Origin: a virus
Taxonomy: Duplodnaviria; Caudoviricetes
DNA: 64,000 bases
Reading direction: 5' to 3' (one strand)
Virus record (IMG/VR): IMGVR_UViG_3300027804_000038
Coordinates: 1-64,000 of that record
The position numbers and the translations under genes were made by a program. This document shows, in pieces, positions 35,514 to 45,716 of the stretch (position 1 is its first letter; each line of letters starts with the position of its first letter). Under the pieces are notes generated by a model. It did no database searches, was not told where the DNA came from, and was given only the letters and a program-made list of their open reading frames with translations.

Positions 35514-36116
35514 ATGATTGAAAAAATTAATCCTAAATTATCGGTCGGAGATAGAATAATTTGTTTAGAAATGGCCGATGAGCCGACTATGATAGGCCAA
35601 AGAGGTACTATAACTAAAGTACATGATAGACTTTTAGATACTCTTGGTTTAGTTTATGATGTTAATTGGGATAATGGTAGTAAATTAACTTTATTAAATA
35701 CTGATTATTGGACTTCTGAAAAAAATATGAAAAATATACAAGAAAGCTCGGAAAAAGAATTTATGGATAAAATAATGTCTAATGCAGACGTATTTAAATT
35801 ATTTGATTTAAAATTTTTATTTAAATTTTTAGAAAAATTAAGAGAATCTGGTGTTGTTAATATGTTTGGGGCTTCACCATATCTATATATGGGTAGTGAA
35901 AGAATTACTCACGAACATTATTACAACGAATCAAAAGATGAAGAAGCTTTCGATGAATTAGTCGAAATGTCTGATGAAGCCAAAGACAAGATGATTCAAG
36001 GAAGTATTAAAGTTTTGAATAAAATGAAAAAAGAAGTAACCGTTGAATCAGTATCTAGAATTGTTAGAAATTATTCTAAAAAAGTTTTAGACATGTGGAT
36101 GACTACCTACCACTAA
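35514..36116 (+). CDS. Two-domain hypothetical protein (SH3-like N-terminus; LRESG..NMF C-terminus)
   Basis: VGDRI...GTITKV...VNWDNGSKL. Confidence 0.65.
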   Translation: MIEKINPKLSVGDRIICLEMADEPTMIGQRGTITKVHDRLLDTLGLVYDVNWDNGSKLTLLNTDYWTSEKNMKNIQESSEKEFMDKIMSNADVFKLFDLKFLFKFLEKLRESGVVNMFGASPYLYMGSERITHEHYYNESKDEEAFDELVEMSDEAKDKMIQGSIKVLNKMKKEVTVESVSRIVRNYSKKVLDMWMTTYH

Positions 36117-36344
36117 AAATATTGGATTTTGCTCACCAAAATACCCACCAATAATATTAAAATCAAAGTATTCATAAGCTTCTTCTGAACTCATGTCCTT
36201 ACAAAGTTTGGAAATTATCATATCTTTAGAGTAAAGAATTCTTGTTAAACCACCGAATTCTTCAGTAATTCCAATAATACAATCATCAAATCCATTCAGA
36301 ATTATTGCCCCTTCTGCAAGCTCATCCAACAAAACTCTCTCCAT
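36087..36344 (-). CDS. Hypothetical phage protein
   Basis: GFDDCIIG...EEAYEYFDFNIIGGY. Confidence 0.75.
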   Translation of the reverse strand: MERVLLDELAEGAIILNGFDDCIIGITEEFGGLTRILYSKDMIISKLCKDMSSEEAYEYFDFNIIGGYFGEQNPIFLVVGSHPHV

Positions 36345-36843
36345 TTTTAAATTCTTCTAAAGTTATACCTTGTGTATCTTTATCACTTATTTTCATTTTG
36401 AAAATAAATCCTGTCATATATTTTGTGACAATTTCTTTAACTTCATTTACTGAATACCAATCAATACAACCTTCATCTTTTTGAGAATACTCATTATCTA
36501 CAAGATAGTTAATAATAGTATCTCGTTCTAAGGTTAGAAATCCGTGAGCACAATTATTCGGAACTAAAACAGAATTACCTTCCTTTAGAACAAAAACATC
36601 AACTTTGCCAAAATCAGAACTATTTTTATCAATATTAACAATAAAGTCAACAATTTTACCTTGGACTACTGAAACTAATTTTGTTTGAGACTTTGGATTT
36701 TTTTGATAGTGTAATCCTCTAAATACAAAAATATCTGTATTAATACTAATGTTTGATTGTACCCATTTTTCAGATAGTTTAATTGGTACAAATTTACCCC
36801 TATGGTCTGTAAAAACTGGTTGAGATAAAATCTGTGGTTTCAT
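36322..36843 (-). CDS. rmlC: dTDP-4-dehydrorhamnose 3,5-epimerase
   Basis: FTDHRG.F...VQSNIS...FRGLHYQ...KLV.VVQG...HGFLTL...Y.VDNEY. Confidence 0.9.
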   Translation of the reverse strand: MKPQILSQPVFTDHRGKFVPIKLSEKWVQSNISINTDIFVFRGLHYQKNPKSQTKLVSVVQGKIVDFIVNIDKNSSDFGKVDVFVLKEGNSVLVPNNCAHGFLTLERDTIINYLVDNEYSQKDEGCIDWYSVNEVKEIVTKYMTGFIFKMKISDKDTQGITLEEFKNGESFVG

Positions 36844-36915
36844 TTAATAAACTTAACTTAAAAATATTTTTTTGTCAATTGATAAGGTACATATATTTAT
36901 TGCTAAACTTTAATA

Positions 36916-37392
36916 ATGAAAACATATTTTTTAAACATATCTGAGGAAGAAAAAAAATCAATTACTGAAAAACATAGAGAACTATATAATGGTTATCAAA
37001 CTTTACAACCTGAAAATAAAATGTCTCCATTGAATGTTGAGAATTTGGCTCAGGATGATAAAGGGGCTACTCTTAATAATAAGTTTGAAGTTACTGAATA
37101 TAAAAACAAAGGTATTAATAAACCTATGATGACACAATGTAATGAATGTGGCAATATGGTTAACGAAGGAGATGTTTGTGAATGTTCAGGATATAAAATG
37201 GAAGAAAAACAAATGTGTGATGAATGTGGTTCACCTATGAATGAAGATAATGTTTGTGAATGTGGTGAAAGAGGTATGAAATATTCTGAAGAAGAAATTA
37301 AGGAAAGTATTAAAGTTAAATCTAAAGCAGATAAAGTGTACGAACAAATTAATGAATCATTGGATTGGTTCAGAAGATTTAAAAAATACTAA
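36916..37392 (+). CDS. Leader-bearing protein with tandem Cys-rich zinc-ribbon motifs
   Basis: CNECG...CECSG...CDECG...CECGE. Confidence 0.75.
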   Translation: MKTYFLNISEEEKKSITEKHRELYNGYQTLQPENKMSPLNVENLAQDDKGATLNNKFEVTEYKNKGINKPMMTQCNECGNMVNEGDVCECSGYKMEEKQMCDECGSPMNEDNVCECGERGMKYSEEEIKESIKVKSKADKVYEQINESLDWFRRFKKY

Positions 37393-37721
37393 TGATTAAG
37401 GTTAAACAAATAATTGATTATTATTATAATCCATCTACCGATATTATTGAGGTTAGATTTAGAATTTCTGGAGACCCTGAAACTGAAATGAGGGAATCCG
37501 AGTTTGAAATTTCAACAACTAAAGACTACGGGTATTTAATAATAGATTCGGATAGTTATGAATCTGAAGATTTAAATTTTGATTACGAAGAGGAAACTGA
37601 CGAATTAATACTTAATGACAATATTGATGAGTTTTCAGTTGATAAGAAAGAATTAAGAAATTTTTTATCTGAATATTATACTGAAAATCCGAGTGAACTC
37701 CCTGAATTAACTTCATTCTAA
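37392..37721 (+). CDS. Acidic hypothetical protein
   Basis: 109 aa. Confidence 0.75.
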   Translation: MIKVKQIIDYYYNPSTDIIEVRFRISGDPETEMRESEFEISTTKDYGYLIIDSDSYESEDLNFDYEEETDELILNDNIDEFSVDKKELRNFLSEYYTENPSELPELTSF

Positions 37722-37783
37722 TTTTTTTACAAAAAACAATTTATTTATTTTCTTAGTATTTATACTATAAAGTGTAAATTACC

Positions 37784-38026
37784 ATGAAATTCGATATCGA
37801 TTCATACATATCAATATTAAATTCAATATCATCACCATTAAATAAATCTGAACTCGGTGAACAAGATTCTGCAGCAGGTGGAGGTGGAGCAGGTGATACA
37901 CTTAAAAGAGGGTCCAATTGGAACGAACTTTATACAATAAAAAGAGGTAAGGCAAATATGTTAGGTAAAAAGGGAGAGAAATGGTCTACAGGACTTACCA
38001 GAGGAATTGCAAATCAAATTTGGTAA
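37784..38026 (+). CDS. Hypothetical protein
   Basis: 80 aa; GKANMLG...WSTGLTRGIANQI. Confidence 0.75.
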   Translation: MKFDIDSYISILNSISSPLNKSELGEQDSAAGGGGAGDTLKRGSNWNELYTIKRGKANMLGKKGEKWSTGLTRGIANQIW

Positions 38027-40948
38027 ATGGAAGACAATCAAAAAGAATTGATAAATAAGGTCTTGTTGTTAATGAATTATGATAATAAAAAAACATTAAC
38101 TGAAAACAAAAAAAATATTTTAAATGAGCAAATTCCTGGCTCAACACATCCATTACCTTTAAATTGGAAAAATAATATTCCATTACCTAAAGTGGGTGAA
38201 TGGTTACCAAATACGGATAGTCGAATTTTAAATAATAAAATAAAAGATAATTTTAGAAAAGATAAGGAAGGGAACGGGGCGTATTTTATACCAACAGGGG
38301 GTGAAAATTCTGACGGAGATTATTTACAACCATTTTATATGTGGGATAGCAAAGTTTATTCGGATAAAAATGGTGACCAATATATCAAAATGGAGGAATG
38401 GGTGGAAGACCCAAAAAGTACTAATGTAATGTGGGGGTATAAAAAAACTGGTAATTCTAAAGATTTTTATTTAACTAAAAACGGAAAAAAAATAAAAGAG
38501 AACCCTTTTACTATGAGGGGAAGTGGAAAAAATCAACGTGTTGATTATAACAATATAGAGACAAAAGGTTCAGATATCTTCTTAGATAAAAATGGTAATA
38601 TAAAAGACCCAGATAAAAATTTGAAAGAATTTTTAAATAGATTAGATACTACAAACGTAAAAGAAAAAAAAGAATTTGATTCTTTATTAAATGCTTGGGT
38701 AAACTACCTCATGTCCAAAAATTTAACTGAATTATTGGGTGTTTATGATAAAGTAGTTTCTTTTGGGAAAGGTGGTAATACTAAAGATTTACCAAATTAT
38801 GGTAAGGGTACAACTACTTTAGGTAGTATTGTATTAGAAAATGAAATTTACAACAGAAAATCGCAAGCAGGACAAAATCCACCTAAACCTGAAGATATTG
38901 ATGGTAAAAGCAAATACGGGATACCCCAAGGATATTTCATAAAAACCGCAACCGATTTATATAACTCTTTATATGAAAGTAAGCCAAATGAATCTGATGG
39001 TAATGAATTTAGGGGTTGGTTTATTAAACAATACCCTGATAAAGCAAAAAATCCATGCGGTGATGGTGAAAATTTAGACCCTGAAGGAAAATACGATAAT
39101 AAATATATACTTTGTGCCGCGGAATATAAACCTAAAGGGTCGGATAAAACTGCTTATCAATTATTCAAACAAACTAAGGAACAAAAGAATGTTACTATGG
39201 ACGCTGGTCCAAAATTATCCGACAAATATAGTCTTGATTCTGAAAATTTAGGTGTTGTTAATAAAAATTGCATACCATTTTGTTTTTTAAATGATGATGA
39301 ATTAAAAGTTTTCAAATCTTGTATTGGAAACCCTTCATCTGAAGAATGGAAATATTTAGAACAATCATGGTACGCAAATGCTATGGAAAATACTGATAAC
39401 AGTAAAGAAGCGCTATCAACAGCAATAAGACTTAAATTATTTTCATGTCAACCACTTAAAATATCAAAGGAAAATGCCGAATTTTTATCACAAAAAATTG
39501 ATAATAAAATTTATGGTAAATTAACAAAAATGATTGGGGCTCAAGACGTTCAAGGGCAATCAAGAAGAGCTAAAGAACAAAAGATTGAAAATGAGGCCCA
39601 AAAACAAGAGTTTTATAAATGGGTAATTAAACAACAAAGAGTTACTAACATTTATGATATTAAATGGTTAGAATGTACAATAGGACTTAAAACAGAAGAT
39701 GAGTGTGGAGATACTCCATATTGCGGAAGAGCTGGTAAAGACTTTTTGGAAAAAATTGCGAGAGGCGAATTAAAAACTACTAAAGGTAAAACTGTTGGTA
39801 ACCCGTATAGAGACTCTGGTGGAAATATTAAACACTACATTCCTGATACATATGACGGTTCAAGTATGGATAATCAGTGGGATATACCATGTTCATCAGA
39901 TTTTTGGGATGAATGGGGGGGAACTATTCAAATTGGTGCGGCAATTGCTGGGGTAATTGCATCTACAATACTTGCAGGACCATTAGGTGCTACTGAAACT
40001 CTTGCGTTACTCGCGGAACTATCAATAGACGCCGCCGCTGGGTCATACGCATTATATCAATCAGTAAAAGAAAAAAATAATGTTGACATTGCCGCAAATG
40101 CTGTCTTTTTAGCGTTACCGTTTTTATTAGATTTACCCGCAACAGACAAATTATTTAAAGAATTTAAATATGGTAAAACAAACATTTCTAATTTAAATGA
40201 TAAATTTAACGCATTTAAACTATCTAACCCACAATACACTTCTGATGAACTTTCAACGTGGATGAAAAATCTTAATGGACATGAACTCGCAACTTTTAAT
40301 AAAGTTATTAGTAAATCAGAAACTGATAAATATTTCCAATCCCAACTTAAAGACGCAATTAAAAAACAATCGGATTTAATGGCAGGCGCAAAATTAACAG
40401 GTGCAAGATATTGGGTACCAAATTCAACAATGTTAAAAATGTTAATTTATGTTGGACCAATGGCTGGATATATTTTTGCAATTAGAAACAAATCGATTAA
40501 AGATAATTTAATTAGATTACAGAATAATAAAAAATTAACGGTACAACAGGTGATTGCTTGGGATGCTGCTTTAATGGGATTAACTAATGACCAATATCTT
40601 GAATTGGCAAATAGGATTAAAAATAACCCAAATTATTTTGTAGAACAATCAAATACCCCTGAATTTAAAAATTTAGAAAAAACAAAAAAACAACTAGAAA
40701 ATACAAAAATAACTGAAGAGGATGCGAAAAGGTTTGAAGATGAGTTTAATAAAAATGTTGAATTACTTTTAAAACAACAAAATCTTGATGGAGACAAACC
40801 AACAGTGAGCAGTACAAGTGAGGAAATCCCTAACCCTGAAACATCTAATGGAATTGAAATAAACCCCAATGACGTTGAAAAGTATGAGGATGAGGGATAT
40901 ACTGTTAGAAAAGATGCTTCTACAAAAAAATATTACGCATACAAATAA
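38027..40948 (+). CDS. 973-aa leader-bearing protein with a hydrophobic helical bundle near residues 620-700 (candidate ejection protein)
   Basis: Leader ends ILNEQ; GGTIQIGAAIAGVIASTILAGPLG segment. Confidence 0.75.
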   Translation: MEDNQKELINKVLLLMNYDNKKTLTENKKNILNEQIPGSTHPLPLNWKNNIPLPKVGEWLPNTDSRILNNKIKDNFRKDKEGNGAYFIPTGGENSDGDYLQPFYMWDSKVYSDKNGDQYIKMEEWVEDPKSTNVMWGYKKTGNSKDFYLTKNGKKIKENPFTMRGSGKNQRVDYNNIETKGSDIFLDKNGNIKDPDKNLKEFLNRLDTTNVKEKKEFDSLLNAWVNYLMSKNLTELLGVYDKVVSFGKGGNTKDLPNYGKGTTTLGSIVLENEIYNRKSQAGQNPPKPEDIDGKSKYGIPQGYFIKTATDLYNSLYESKPNESDGNEFRGWFIKQYPDKAKNPCGDGENLDPEGKYDNKYILCAAEYKPKGSDKTAYQLFKQTKEQKNVTMDAGPKLSDKYSLDSENLGVVNKNCIPFCFLNDDELKVFKSCIGNPSSEEWKYLEQSWYANAMENTDNSKEALSTAIRLKLFSCQPLKISKENAEFLSQKIDNKIYGKLTKMIGAQDVQGQSRRAKEQKIENEAQKQEFYKWVIKQQRVTNIYDIKWLECTIGLKTEDECGDTPYCGRAGKDFLEKIARGELKTTKGKTVGNPYRDSGGNIKHYIPDTYDGSSMDNQWDIPCSSDFWDEWGGTIQIGAAIAGVIASTILAGPLGATETLALLAELSIDAAAGSYALYQSVKEKNNVDIAANAVFLALPFLLDLPATDKLFKEFKYGKTNISNLNDKFNAFKLSNPQYTSDELSTWMKNLNGHELATFNKVISKSETDKYFQSQLKDAIKKQSDLMAGAKLTGARYWVPNSTMLKMLIYVGPMAGYIFAIRNKSIKDNLIRLQNNKKLTVQQVIAWDAALMGLTNDQYLELANRIKNNPNYFVEQSNTPEFKNLEKTKKQLENTKITEEDAKRFEDEFNKNVELLLKQQNLDGDKPTVSSTSEEIPNPETSNGIEINPNDVEKYEDEGYTVRKDASTKKYYAYK

Positions 40949-40985
40949 ATGATTAAATTAATATATTTATAAAATAAAAAAAACT

Positions 40986-42497
40986 ATGAGCAAAGAAATA
41001 TTGTCAGAAATAAATAGATTTCGTGAAATTTTAGGTTTATCTCTATTAAAAGAAGCTCCAGCAGGACCAGGTAAATGGTTTATTTCCTCATCAGATGATA
41101 TAACAGGTACATTATCTAAAACAAATGATGAATTTGCTAATGCACTTGATGACATTAGTACTATTTCATCAAAAAGCGTGGATGAAATTAGTGACCCATT
41201 TTTAAAAGAATTTAAAAAATCTATTGATGAAATATCAACCAGTCAAGGTAAAAGTATTGATGAAATATTACAGAATCCTAGATTAAGAGAAATGGTTCAA
41301 CTTAAGTTTGCTAATAAGGTTAAAAACAATTCTGATTTAGTTTCTAAAATGGTTGATTCATTCTATACTAAAAATCCTGCTGCTAAACAATTAGTTAATC
41401 CAAAAAATATTTCTGCAAGTATAGAAAATGCTGTAAGTAAAGGCATTAAAGATTATGATGCTTTAGTTACGGCTTATAATAAAACTATCGATGAATTTGA
41501 AACTGCGAGCGGTGATAAAATACCTGACGTAATTAAAAAAGAAATGAAAGAAAAGGTTAAGAATGAGGTTGAAACCCTTAAAACTAAAAAACCTTTAGAA
41601 AAACAACTTGAAAAAGAGATGGAAAGAGACAAAGATTTGATAGTTACTAATGCTAAAGCTAAGGCTAAGACTGAGGGTAAAGTGTTACCTGACCAAAAAT
41701 TACTTGCGGATAATGCAATGAAAATGTTGAGAGAAAATAAAACACAAAAAGAAATTGAGGATTATTTGGCTAAACAATTTGGAATACCTGCGGAAGAATA
41801 TCGTAACGGATTCCAAAGATTTATGTCTAAGTACGTTGGGTCACCTTTTAATACTGCATTTACTTGGGTTACGGAGCAAGGAGGTAATCTTATAAAATTT
41901 TATGGAGACAGCGGAAAGGGTAATAAACGTTTATGGGCAACATTATCATTACCATTAGTTGGAGCGGCCCTTTATGGAGTATATTTGGCATATGGTGAAT
42001 ATACTGAAGTTGAGGATATTGATAAATATGAAGATAAACTGGCAGGATTTAATGATTTACCGAAAGAAGTAAAAGAATGGGTTGCGGTTAACTACCCATA
42101 TCTTGCCTACAGAGACCCAAAAAACGTATCAACAAATCAATATCTTAAAGATGTGACTTATAAAGAAGACTTATCAGACCCAGATTTCCCAAAATATAGT
42201 ATTATAGTGACATTTGGTGATGGAACAAATAAAGAAGTTACATCTAAAGATAAGGAATTTTGGGAAGCTGCAGTTAAGACTCAAGAGCAAATAGCCGCAG
42301 AAAAAAAGGCGGCTGAAGAAGCGGCTAAAAACAATAACCAAGGACAAAAAACTTTAGACGACTTTAAAAAGAGTGATAAAGGAGCTGGATACGAATCAAC
42401 ATCTATTGAGGTTAGCCCTGGTAAATTCAAACGTAAACCTGAATCTATGACGACCTATACTTGGGACGGAACTAAATTTGTTGGGACTCCTGACTAA
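40986..42497 (+). CDS. 503-aa leader-bearing protein with one TM
   Basis: MSKEILSEINRFREILGLSLLKEA; LWATLSLPLVGAALYGVYLAY. Confidence 0.8.
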   Translation: MSKEILSEINRFREILGLSLLKEAPAGPGKWFISSSDDITGTLSKTNDEFANALDDISTISSKSVDEISDPFLKEFKKSIDEISTSQGKSIDEILQNPRLREMVQLKFANKVKNNSDLVSKMVDSFYTKNPAAKQLVNPKNISASIENAVSKGIKDYDALVTAYNKTIDEFETASGDKIPDVIKKEMKEKVKNEVETLKTKKPLEKQLEKEMERDKDLIVTNAKAKAKTEGKVLPDQKLLADNAMKMLRENKTQKEIEDYLAKQFGIPAEEYRNGFQRFMSKYVGSPFNTAFTWVTEQGGNLIKFYGDSGKGNKRLWATLSLPLVGAALYGVYLAYGEYTEVEDIDKYEDKLAGFNDLPKEVKEWVAVNYPYLAYRDPKNVSTNQYLKDVTYKEDLSDPDFPKYSIIVTFGDGTNKEVTSKDKEFWEAAVKTQEQIAAEKKAAEEAAKNNNQGQKTLDDFKKSDKGAGYESTSIEVSPGKFKRKPESMTTYTWDGTKFVGTPD

Positions 42498-42516
42498 TAA
42501 ATATTTTTATTAAATT

Positions 42517-44505
42517 ATGATTATTTTAGAGCAAGTAACAATAGAGGCAGACGAAGTAGAAGCCTATGAAGATAAAGGTTGGACTGTTAAAAAAGAAAAC
42601 GGTAAGTATGTCGCATATCCTAAAAGTGATAAAAAGTCTGGAGAAACTGAAATAGAAAAAGATGAAGTTGAGTCTTACGAAGACAATGGGTATACTGTAA
42701 GAAAAGGTTCTGATGGGAAATTCTACGCAAAAAAGAAAAAAGAAGATAAGAAAGACGAAAAACCAAAGGAAGATAAGAAAGACGAAAAACCAAAGGAAGA
42801 TAAGAAAGACGAAAAAACTGGCTCAAAATCAAAATATCCATATCCAGCAAACCAAAATGAAGGTGACGCATTTAGAAAATGGATGTCTGAAAACCACAGT
42901 GATTTCAAAAGTGATAAATGTGAGGGGGGAGGACTTTCATATAAAGAAGGTAAAAAATATTCATATACTAACAATTGTATAAAGGCGGCTTGGGACATGT
43001 ATGGAGATTTGTTTAAAGATGGAGCCCCTTCTTCAGACAATAAAACTCAAGATAAAACTCAAGATAAAACTCAAGATAAAACTGGTGACGGAACTAGAAT
43101 TACACCAAAAGTAATTTGTGATTGGGATAGTCAGTATGATAATATTTTTGTTAAAAGAAATTCAGCTAATCCTGAAGGAGAGGCTGTTAAATTTCATGAT
43201 TATGTAATTGATAATATTCCTGATTATTATAATTTTAAAAATAAATTCGAGTCCAACTGTAATAAAAAAGTTCAGGATTTAAGAAAGGAAGGTAAGTTAC
43301 ATAATAGTGGTTTGATGTACATGCTTTATACTCGAAAGGCAGTTAAAGGAAATAGTGTTAGAACTCCATGGGAATTTTATTTAAGCAGTTTATCAGGAAA
43401 AGACACTAATGTGTCTGGTACTTATGAAAAAATGACGAACGACAGTCAAAGTGAAAAAGAAGATAGTAAACAGACTAACAATACTAAACTAACCGATAAT
43501 GATATTAAACAATCATTAAGTTCAAACTCTGCGGTTAGCCAATTATTCACTGACTCAAAATACACTTATAATTCAGCAACAAGTGCTGAAAGATTTGGTA
43601 AAACAAACTGCGGAGATTTTTTAGATAGATATATCAAACTAGGTAATCAAGTAATGTCTGACGACTTTGAAAATAGTCAGGGATACTTGTCGGCGTTAAA
43701 AAAAATGAAGTCAACCGTAGTTGCTTGTGTTAAGTTGTTGAAACCTGATGATAAAGACAGAAAAAATTATGAGAAAGATTTATTAATGGTTACAAACAAA
43801 GATTGGAAAATAAATACAGACTATCCTGATAGACCTGTGCAAGAATCAATAATAAGAAAAAAACTCATGGAAATTAAAAATAACAAACCAATTAAAGAAT
43901 CAATTAAGAAAAGATTAGTTGAGAGACATATTGATAAGAAAAATTCAATATTAAAGGTTCAATATAAGTTAGAGATAATCTCAGAAGATTTCCAAAAACA
44001 AAACTACAGAAAATTCTTCACAAATTTATCTAAATTGGCAAATGCTTATAATAATTCTAAAATAGGATTAAATGAATCTGTTGATGAAACATTTAGTAAA
44101 GCATTTAACATGGTGTTTAACGGAAGTGAGTCAGAGGCTAAAGAAAAAGCGATAGACTATTTCATTAATAAAATGCAGGCAAGTGGACCTGTTGCTGATA
44201 ATATAAGAAATGAATTATCCCTAATATCAGACAAAGATGTTAGTTTATTATTTACTGACCCTGATATGGTTGCAGAAAAAATTGCAGATGCCGTACTTCA
44301 ATCAGGTAAACAAGAATCGTCATCTGATGATGGAACATTAATGTCGGCGGTTAGTGTAACCTTTCAGGAAGCATTACCTGAAAAGAAAGGAAAACTTGTA
44401 AATAGAATTAAAAATTTAATTACACCAACACAATCCAAATTACAAGGAAATGTAACAGGTGTTGCAGATTCACTTAAAAGTAAGTTTTTAGAGTTAGTTA
44501 AATAA
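42517..44505 (+). CDS. 662-aa protein sharing modules with 38027-40948
   Basis: Two IE..EVE.YED.G(W/Y)TV.K modules; EGDAFRKW module. Confidence 0.8.
   Translation: MIILEQVTIEADEVEAYEDKGWTVKKENGKYVAYPKSDKKSGETEIEKDEVESYEDNGYTVRKGSDGKFYAKKKKEDKKDEKPKEDKKDEKPKEDKKDEKTGSKSKYPYPANQNEGDAFRKWMSENHSDFKSDKCEGGGLSYKEGKKYSYTNNCIKAAWDMYGDLFKDGAPSSDNKTQDKTQDKTQDKTGDGTRITPKVICDWDSQYDNIFVKRNSANPEGEAVKFHDYVIDNIPDYYNFKNKFESNCNKKVQDLRKEGKLHNSGLMYMLYTRKAVKGNSVRTPWEFYLSSLSGKDTNVSGTYEKMTNDSQSEKEDSKQTNNTKLTDNDIKQSLSSNSAVSQLFTDSKYTYNSATSAERFGKTNCGDFLDRYIKLGNQVMSDDFENSQGYLSALKKMKSTVVACVKLLKPDDKDRKNYEKDLLMVTNKDWKINTDYPDRPVQESIIRKKLMEIKNNKPIKESIKKRLVERHIDKKNSILKVQYKLEIISEDFQKQNYRKFFTNLSKLANAYNNSKIGLNESVDETFSKAFNMVFNGSESEAKEKAIDYFINKMQASGPVADNIRNELSLISDKDVSLLFTDPDMVAEKIADAVLQSGKQESSSDDGTLMSAVSVTFQEALPEKKGKLVNRIKNLITPTQSKLQGNVTGVADSLKSKFLELVK
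42742..42816 (+). repeat. Coding 27-nt tandem repeat (EDKKDEKPK, about 2.8 copies)
   Basis: GAAGATAAGAAAGACGAAAAACCAAAG at 42742, 42769, 42796. Confidence 0.85.
43039..43083 (+). repeat. Coding 12-nt tandem repeat (DKTQ)
   Basis: GATAAAACTCAA repeated. Confidence 0.8.
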
Positions 44506-44507
44506 CT

Positions 44508-44996
44508 CTAAAAACCACTTTTAAATTCCTCCCAAGCGGATAATAACTCTTTACCCATAATGTCTGAGAACATTGTAGGTTCTGATGGATGAACTGACCT
44601 CATTCCCGCTTCTTCAGGAGTTCTATCACCTTTTTTTGTATTACATTTTGAACAACATGTTACCATGTTTGTCCATGTATTTCTACCACCTCTTGACTTT
44701 GGTAATACGTGGTCAATGGTCAAATTTCTCGGAAACCCACAATATACACATTTATGACCGTCCCTTTTAAGAATTCTACTTCTCGTAATAGATATTCTTC
44801 TAATTTTATAACTAACATAAGTTAATAATCGAATTATTACAGGACGGTAAAAAATACCAAAAGAGGTACTTATTGGGTTACCTTCAGATTTTATAACTTC
44901 AGCTTTGCCTTTGAATACCAAGTTAAACCCTCTTTTGAAGGTTGTGATATTAATAGGCGAATAATCTGAATTAAGTACTAATACTCCTGTTCTCAT
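44508..44996 (-). CDS. HNH endonuclease (McrA-like standalone family)
   Basis: ILKRDGHKCVYCG...TIDHVLPKSRGG...NMVTCCSKCNTKK. Confidence 0.9.
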   Translation of the reverse strand: MRTGVLVLNSDYSPINITTFKRGFNLVFKGKAEVIKSEGNPISTSFGIFYRPVIIRLLTYVSYKIRRISITRSRILKRDGHKCVYCGFPRNLTIDHVLPKSRGGRNTWTNMVTCCSKCNTKKGDRTPEEAGMRSVHPSEPTMFSDIMGKELLSAWEEFKSGF

Positions 44997-45068
44997 TTTA
45001 AAAAAATAATTTAATAGCAAATATACTATAAAATTGATAAAAAACAAAATATACCATATTATTACAGT

Positions 45069-45281
45069 ATGAATGAATTAATTAAAGATAAAATAAATAA
45101 ATCACATTATTATAAATTTAAAGGTACAATACCTGAAGGGTTTGTTTTAGTTCACGAATTAGTATTGGAAGATTTAAAAGACTTTGATAATTGGAAAGAT
45201 TTTAAATATGATGAAAATTATATTGAAAATAAAACAATTGAAAAAGTTTTGTCTGAAGATTTTGAAAATGGGAAAATCTGA
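45069..45281 (+). CDS. Hypothetical protein
   Basis: 70 aa. Confidence 0.65.
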   Translation: MNELIKDKINKSHYYKFKGTIPEGFVLVHELVLEDLKDFDNWKDFKYDENYIENKTIEKVLSEDFENGKI

Positions 45282-45295
45282 TATATATTTGTACC

Positions 45296-45502
45296 ATGAA
45301 TACGGAAATTGAAAATCTAATTGAGAGTGGTTCATTGTCTGAACCTGAAATTTTTGACTTTATATATGTTTATAAAAAATTTGTTGATTGTGAACTCTTT
45401 AGTAAAAACGATTTTGAAAAATACTTAACAAAATTAGGTATTGAGTGGGATGGGGGTAATAGTTTTAAAATATCGGATACTGTAGAATATATTTTAAATT
45501 AA
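45296..45502 (+). CDS. Hypothetical protein
   Basis: TATATTTG at 45284-45291. Confidence 0.65.
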   Translation: MNTEIENLIESGSLSEPEIFDFIYVYKKFVDCELFSKNDFEKYLTKLGIEWDGGNSFKISDTVEYILN

Positions 45503-45508
45503 TTTTAA

Positions 45509-45582
45509 GCGCCTTTAGCTCAGTCGGTTAGAGCAAATGACTCATAATCATTAGGTCGTAGGTTCGAGCCCTACATGGCGCA
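45509..45582 (+). tRNA. tRNA with CAT anticodon (Ile2 or Met); CCA not encoded
   Basis: Cloverleaf: AATGA-CTCATAA-TCATT anticodon arm, GTAGG-TTCGAGC-CCTAC T-arm, acceptor GCGCCTT/ATGGCGC with one mismatch. Confidence 0.9.
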
Positions 45583-45587
45583 CAAAT

Positions 45588-45664
45588 GTCTCCGTAGCTC
45601 AGCTGGATAGAGCAACAACCTTCTAAGTTGTGGGTCACAGGTTCGAATCCTGTCGGGGATACCA
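45588..45664 (+). tRNA. tRNA-Arg(TCT) with encoded CCA
   Basis: ACAAC-CTTCTAA-GTTGT anticodon arm; GTTCGAATCC; ends ACCA. Confidence 0.95.
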
Positions 45665-45716
45665 AAAAGGGTGTGATAAACTTCACACCCTTATTTTTTT
45701 TTATTATATTACATAT

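Noticed and set aside
44508-44996. HNH as a mobile homing endonuclease or intron ORF
   Set aside because: Free-standing, resembles the bacterial McrA-like family, and interrupts no gene.
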